From assembly GCF_902713615.1 (NCBI RefSeq), contig NC_052158.1, positions 13,326,546-13,390,545 of the forward strand: a DNA stretch of 64,000 nucleotides, in the 5' to 3' direction. This DNA is from Scyliorhinus canicula. Its lineage: Eukaryota. The notes under the pieces are model-generated. The model was not told the DNA's origin. It saw only the letters and a program-made list of their open reading frames with translations, and ran no database searches. Numbering within the stretch: position 1 is the first letter of the stretch; every line of letters starts with the position of its first letter. The position numbers and the translations under genes are program-made. Positions 61,790 to 64,000 of the stretch are shown piece after piece.

Positions 61790-63300
61790 GAACGACTCTC
61801 TATCTAACAGCCTCCAATGACCTAACTGCTTCCCCGATATATGGTGACACCGGTAAGGGTCCGTACGCCTTTTTCAAAACGTGAAGCTGGCGCAATGGCT
61901 GCTGTTGGGAACTGAGGATGTGAGTAGTCACAGTAGCAAAGACTGAGCCCAGGGATACTGAGGTTGTTGCCCAGTTGCTCATTGGTATGAGAGCCCCTGT
62001 GCAGGGCTGCCTCGGTCGTGCTAGCCCACCATCGGTGTGAGGTAGGGACGATCAGCCCTGGGCTGGTGGGATGGGTGTCTCAATGGATGCGGGTCCGCCA
62101 TGCCATCCCCTGGACCGTGTATACCAATAACGGGGTCAACCCCAGCTCCTGCCTGTCTGTCCCACCGATTACCCATAATTCCCATTGACCGTGGAGGTCT
62201 CCAGTCGCGCAGCTGAAGCCAAATGCTAATAGGGAATTGCCAATCGTAGTTGAGTGAGGACATGACAGCTTCCAAGCCAATTCCCATGGGTAGGTGTGCC
62301 ATGTAGCATATGGATGTTATTGCCTGGCACCCCAATCAGGCGTTGCTGCCTTCACAATGTGCCTGAACACTGCTAGAAGAAACAACACCGATATAGCAAC
62401 CAACGTCGAATACCCAGGGGCTGGACCCCAGCATCAGGGACAAGTCCACGACCAGAGGGTGGGTGTGTACACCGGGGAGGGGACGGGAGCCCGGTCCAGA
62501 TAACGTTGCATGCGGGTGCCTATGGTACAGTGTATAGGCTCTGGTGAACAGGTATGGGCATGTTGGATGGTAGAGATGTAAGGGGACTAGAATGGGAGCC
62601 ACAGGGGAACGAAAGGCCCAGGATGGAAGACACCACTGGTTGTTAGTCTCAACCCCTCTTCAATTCCTTTCAGATGTTACATGGGTTGAATGATATCGTG
62701 GACCCCGGGGAGGTTGCCCTCGTGATGCTGCTGGCAGGCCAGGTGGCAAGACGCCAGAGAAGGCAGAGACAGCAGCAGCGACAGAGGCCCATGTACATGG
62801 CCCCACCTAACACCCCGGGGGCCCGGCTGCCCATCAGGCCAGTGAGGGACACACAGGGGGAGGCCAGCGATGGTCCGAGATGTACAGGTATCGCTCCGCC
62901 TCAACAAGGGGATGCTGTGCCACCTGGTTTGGCAGGGGTGCTCGATGAGGTGCGTGAGTGAGACACTCTGGATTCTGTACTCTCCTTCCTCTCTTTATGC
63001 TTCGCCTCCATGTGCTCCTCTGTACGATGTTCGAAGGGATTGGTGCCTCGTGGATGCTTTTTCTGCAGGTTGTGTGTTCTAAGGCAAGCAATCCCCATTT
63101 GTCGGTGGGGATGTTACATTTATTTAGGGAGGCGTTCGGAGTGTCCTTTCAGAATTTCCCCTGCCCTTCCAGTGATTGCTTGCCATTGTGGAGCTCTGGG
63201 TAGAACACTCGTTTCAGGGGTCTTGTGTGGTGCATGTGGTTAATGTGGCCCATTGAAGCTGATCGAGTGTGACGAGTGCCGTCACAGTACAGGGGATATT
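61790..63300 (+). mobile_element. PIF/Harbinger-like transposon relic
   Basis: Frameshifted DIVDPGEVALVMLLAGQVARRQRRQ, SLRLNKGMLCHL and SFQG (~63210) resemble the HARBI1/Harbinger transposase N-terminus. Boundaries approximate. Confidence 0.5.
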
Positions 63301-63409
63301 GGCCTGCAACGCCTATCCTGGAAATGGATATGCTGGATTTTGTAGAGGCAGCATTGTTGATATCTCGCCAACAATTTAAGGCGTTGCTCTACATTGTCGC
63401 TTTTTCTTA

Positions 63410-64000
63410 TGCATACAGTAGGGCAGGGACCATGGCTGCTCTATAGACCGAGCTTGGTGCTGGTTTTGACCTCTCGGATTTCGAATATTCTGTTCTTCAG
63501 GCGTCCGAAGACTGCACAGGTGCATTGGAGTCGATATTAGATTTCGTCATCAATGCCTGTTTGCAGCGAGTGGAAGCATCCATGGTAGGGAAATGATCAA
63601 TATTGTCCAAGGCCTCACCGTGGCTCTTGATGGTTGGAGGGCAGTTTTGTTTGTCAGGTGGGCTGGCAGAGGACCTTTGTTTTCCAGATGTTTAGTCTGA
63701 TGCCATTCTGTCCTATGCCTCGGTAAACGCATCGCTGTTGGCTTGTAGCGTGGCCTCTGAACGTGCGGACACACATGCAATATTTCTAATAATAATAATC
63801 GCTTATTGTCACAAGTAGGCTTCAATGAAGTTACTGTGAAAAGCCCCTTCTCGCCACATTCCGACCCCTGTTCAAGGAGGCCGGTACGGGAATTGAACCC
63901 GCGCTGCTGGTATTGTTCTGACAGAGTTTGGGGTCATCCTGATTCTAGCCTGGATGCGTCGGAAGTTGAACAGTTTCCCGCTTCTCCGGTAGGGTAGTGT
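63410..64000 (-). mobile_element. RTE LINE fragment with a nested short SINE (63788-63920, -)
   Basis: Reverse DEI*YRLQCTCAVFGRLKNRIFE...TKLGL resembles the RTE RT C-terminus. Confidence 0.75.

Noticed and set aside
1-64000. CRISPR arrays, tRNA/rRNA genes, prokaryotic systems
   Set aside because: None seen; the tRNA-like A/B boxes all belong to SINE heads and the DNA is intron-containing vertebrate sequence.

Overview
Vertebrate genomic DNA, inferred to be from a shark. The basis is abundant HE1-type V-SINEs, DeuSINE/SacSINE-like fragments and CR1/HER1-type LINE tails; most of the window is transposon debris. One protein-coding gene can be built on the + strand: an NKp30/NCR3-family receptor with a germline-joined VJ-type Ig domain. 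Its exons are ~38165-38258, 38801-38857, 42302-42655, 48222-48359, 54276-54307 and 58483-58755. All splice sites are GT-AG and the phases are compatible, giving 279 aa (300 aa if an upstream in-frame ATG is used). Unlike activating mammalian NKp30, it has an uncharged transmembrane helix and a ~107-aa tail carrying two ITIMs (LIYTDL, IIYAAL) and a terminal ITSM (TIYSTV), so it looks like an inhibitory or switch receptor. The supplied ORF track misses this tail frame. Around the gene are a solo LTR with a 4-bp TSD, a TATA box and a splice donor ~2 kb upstream, a hAT MITE with a perfect 8-bp TSD, and internally deleted L1s. There are also Rex1, RTE, L2-like, Tx1, Penelope and Harbinger relics, possible remnants of a duplicated gene unit, orphan micro-exon candidates and several local templated duplications or inversions. 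Repeat boundaries and family names are by eye; no database search was run.
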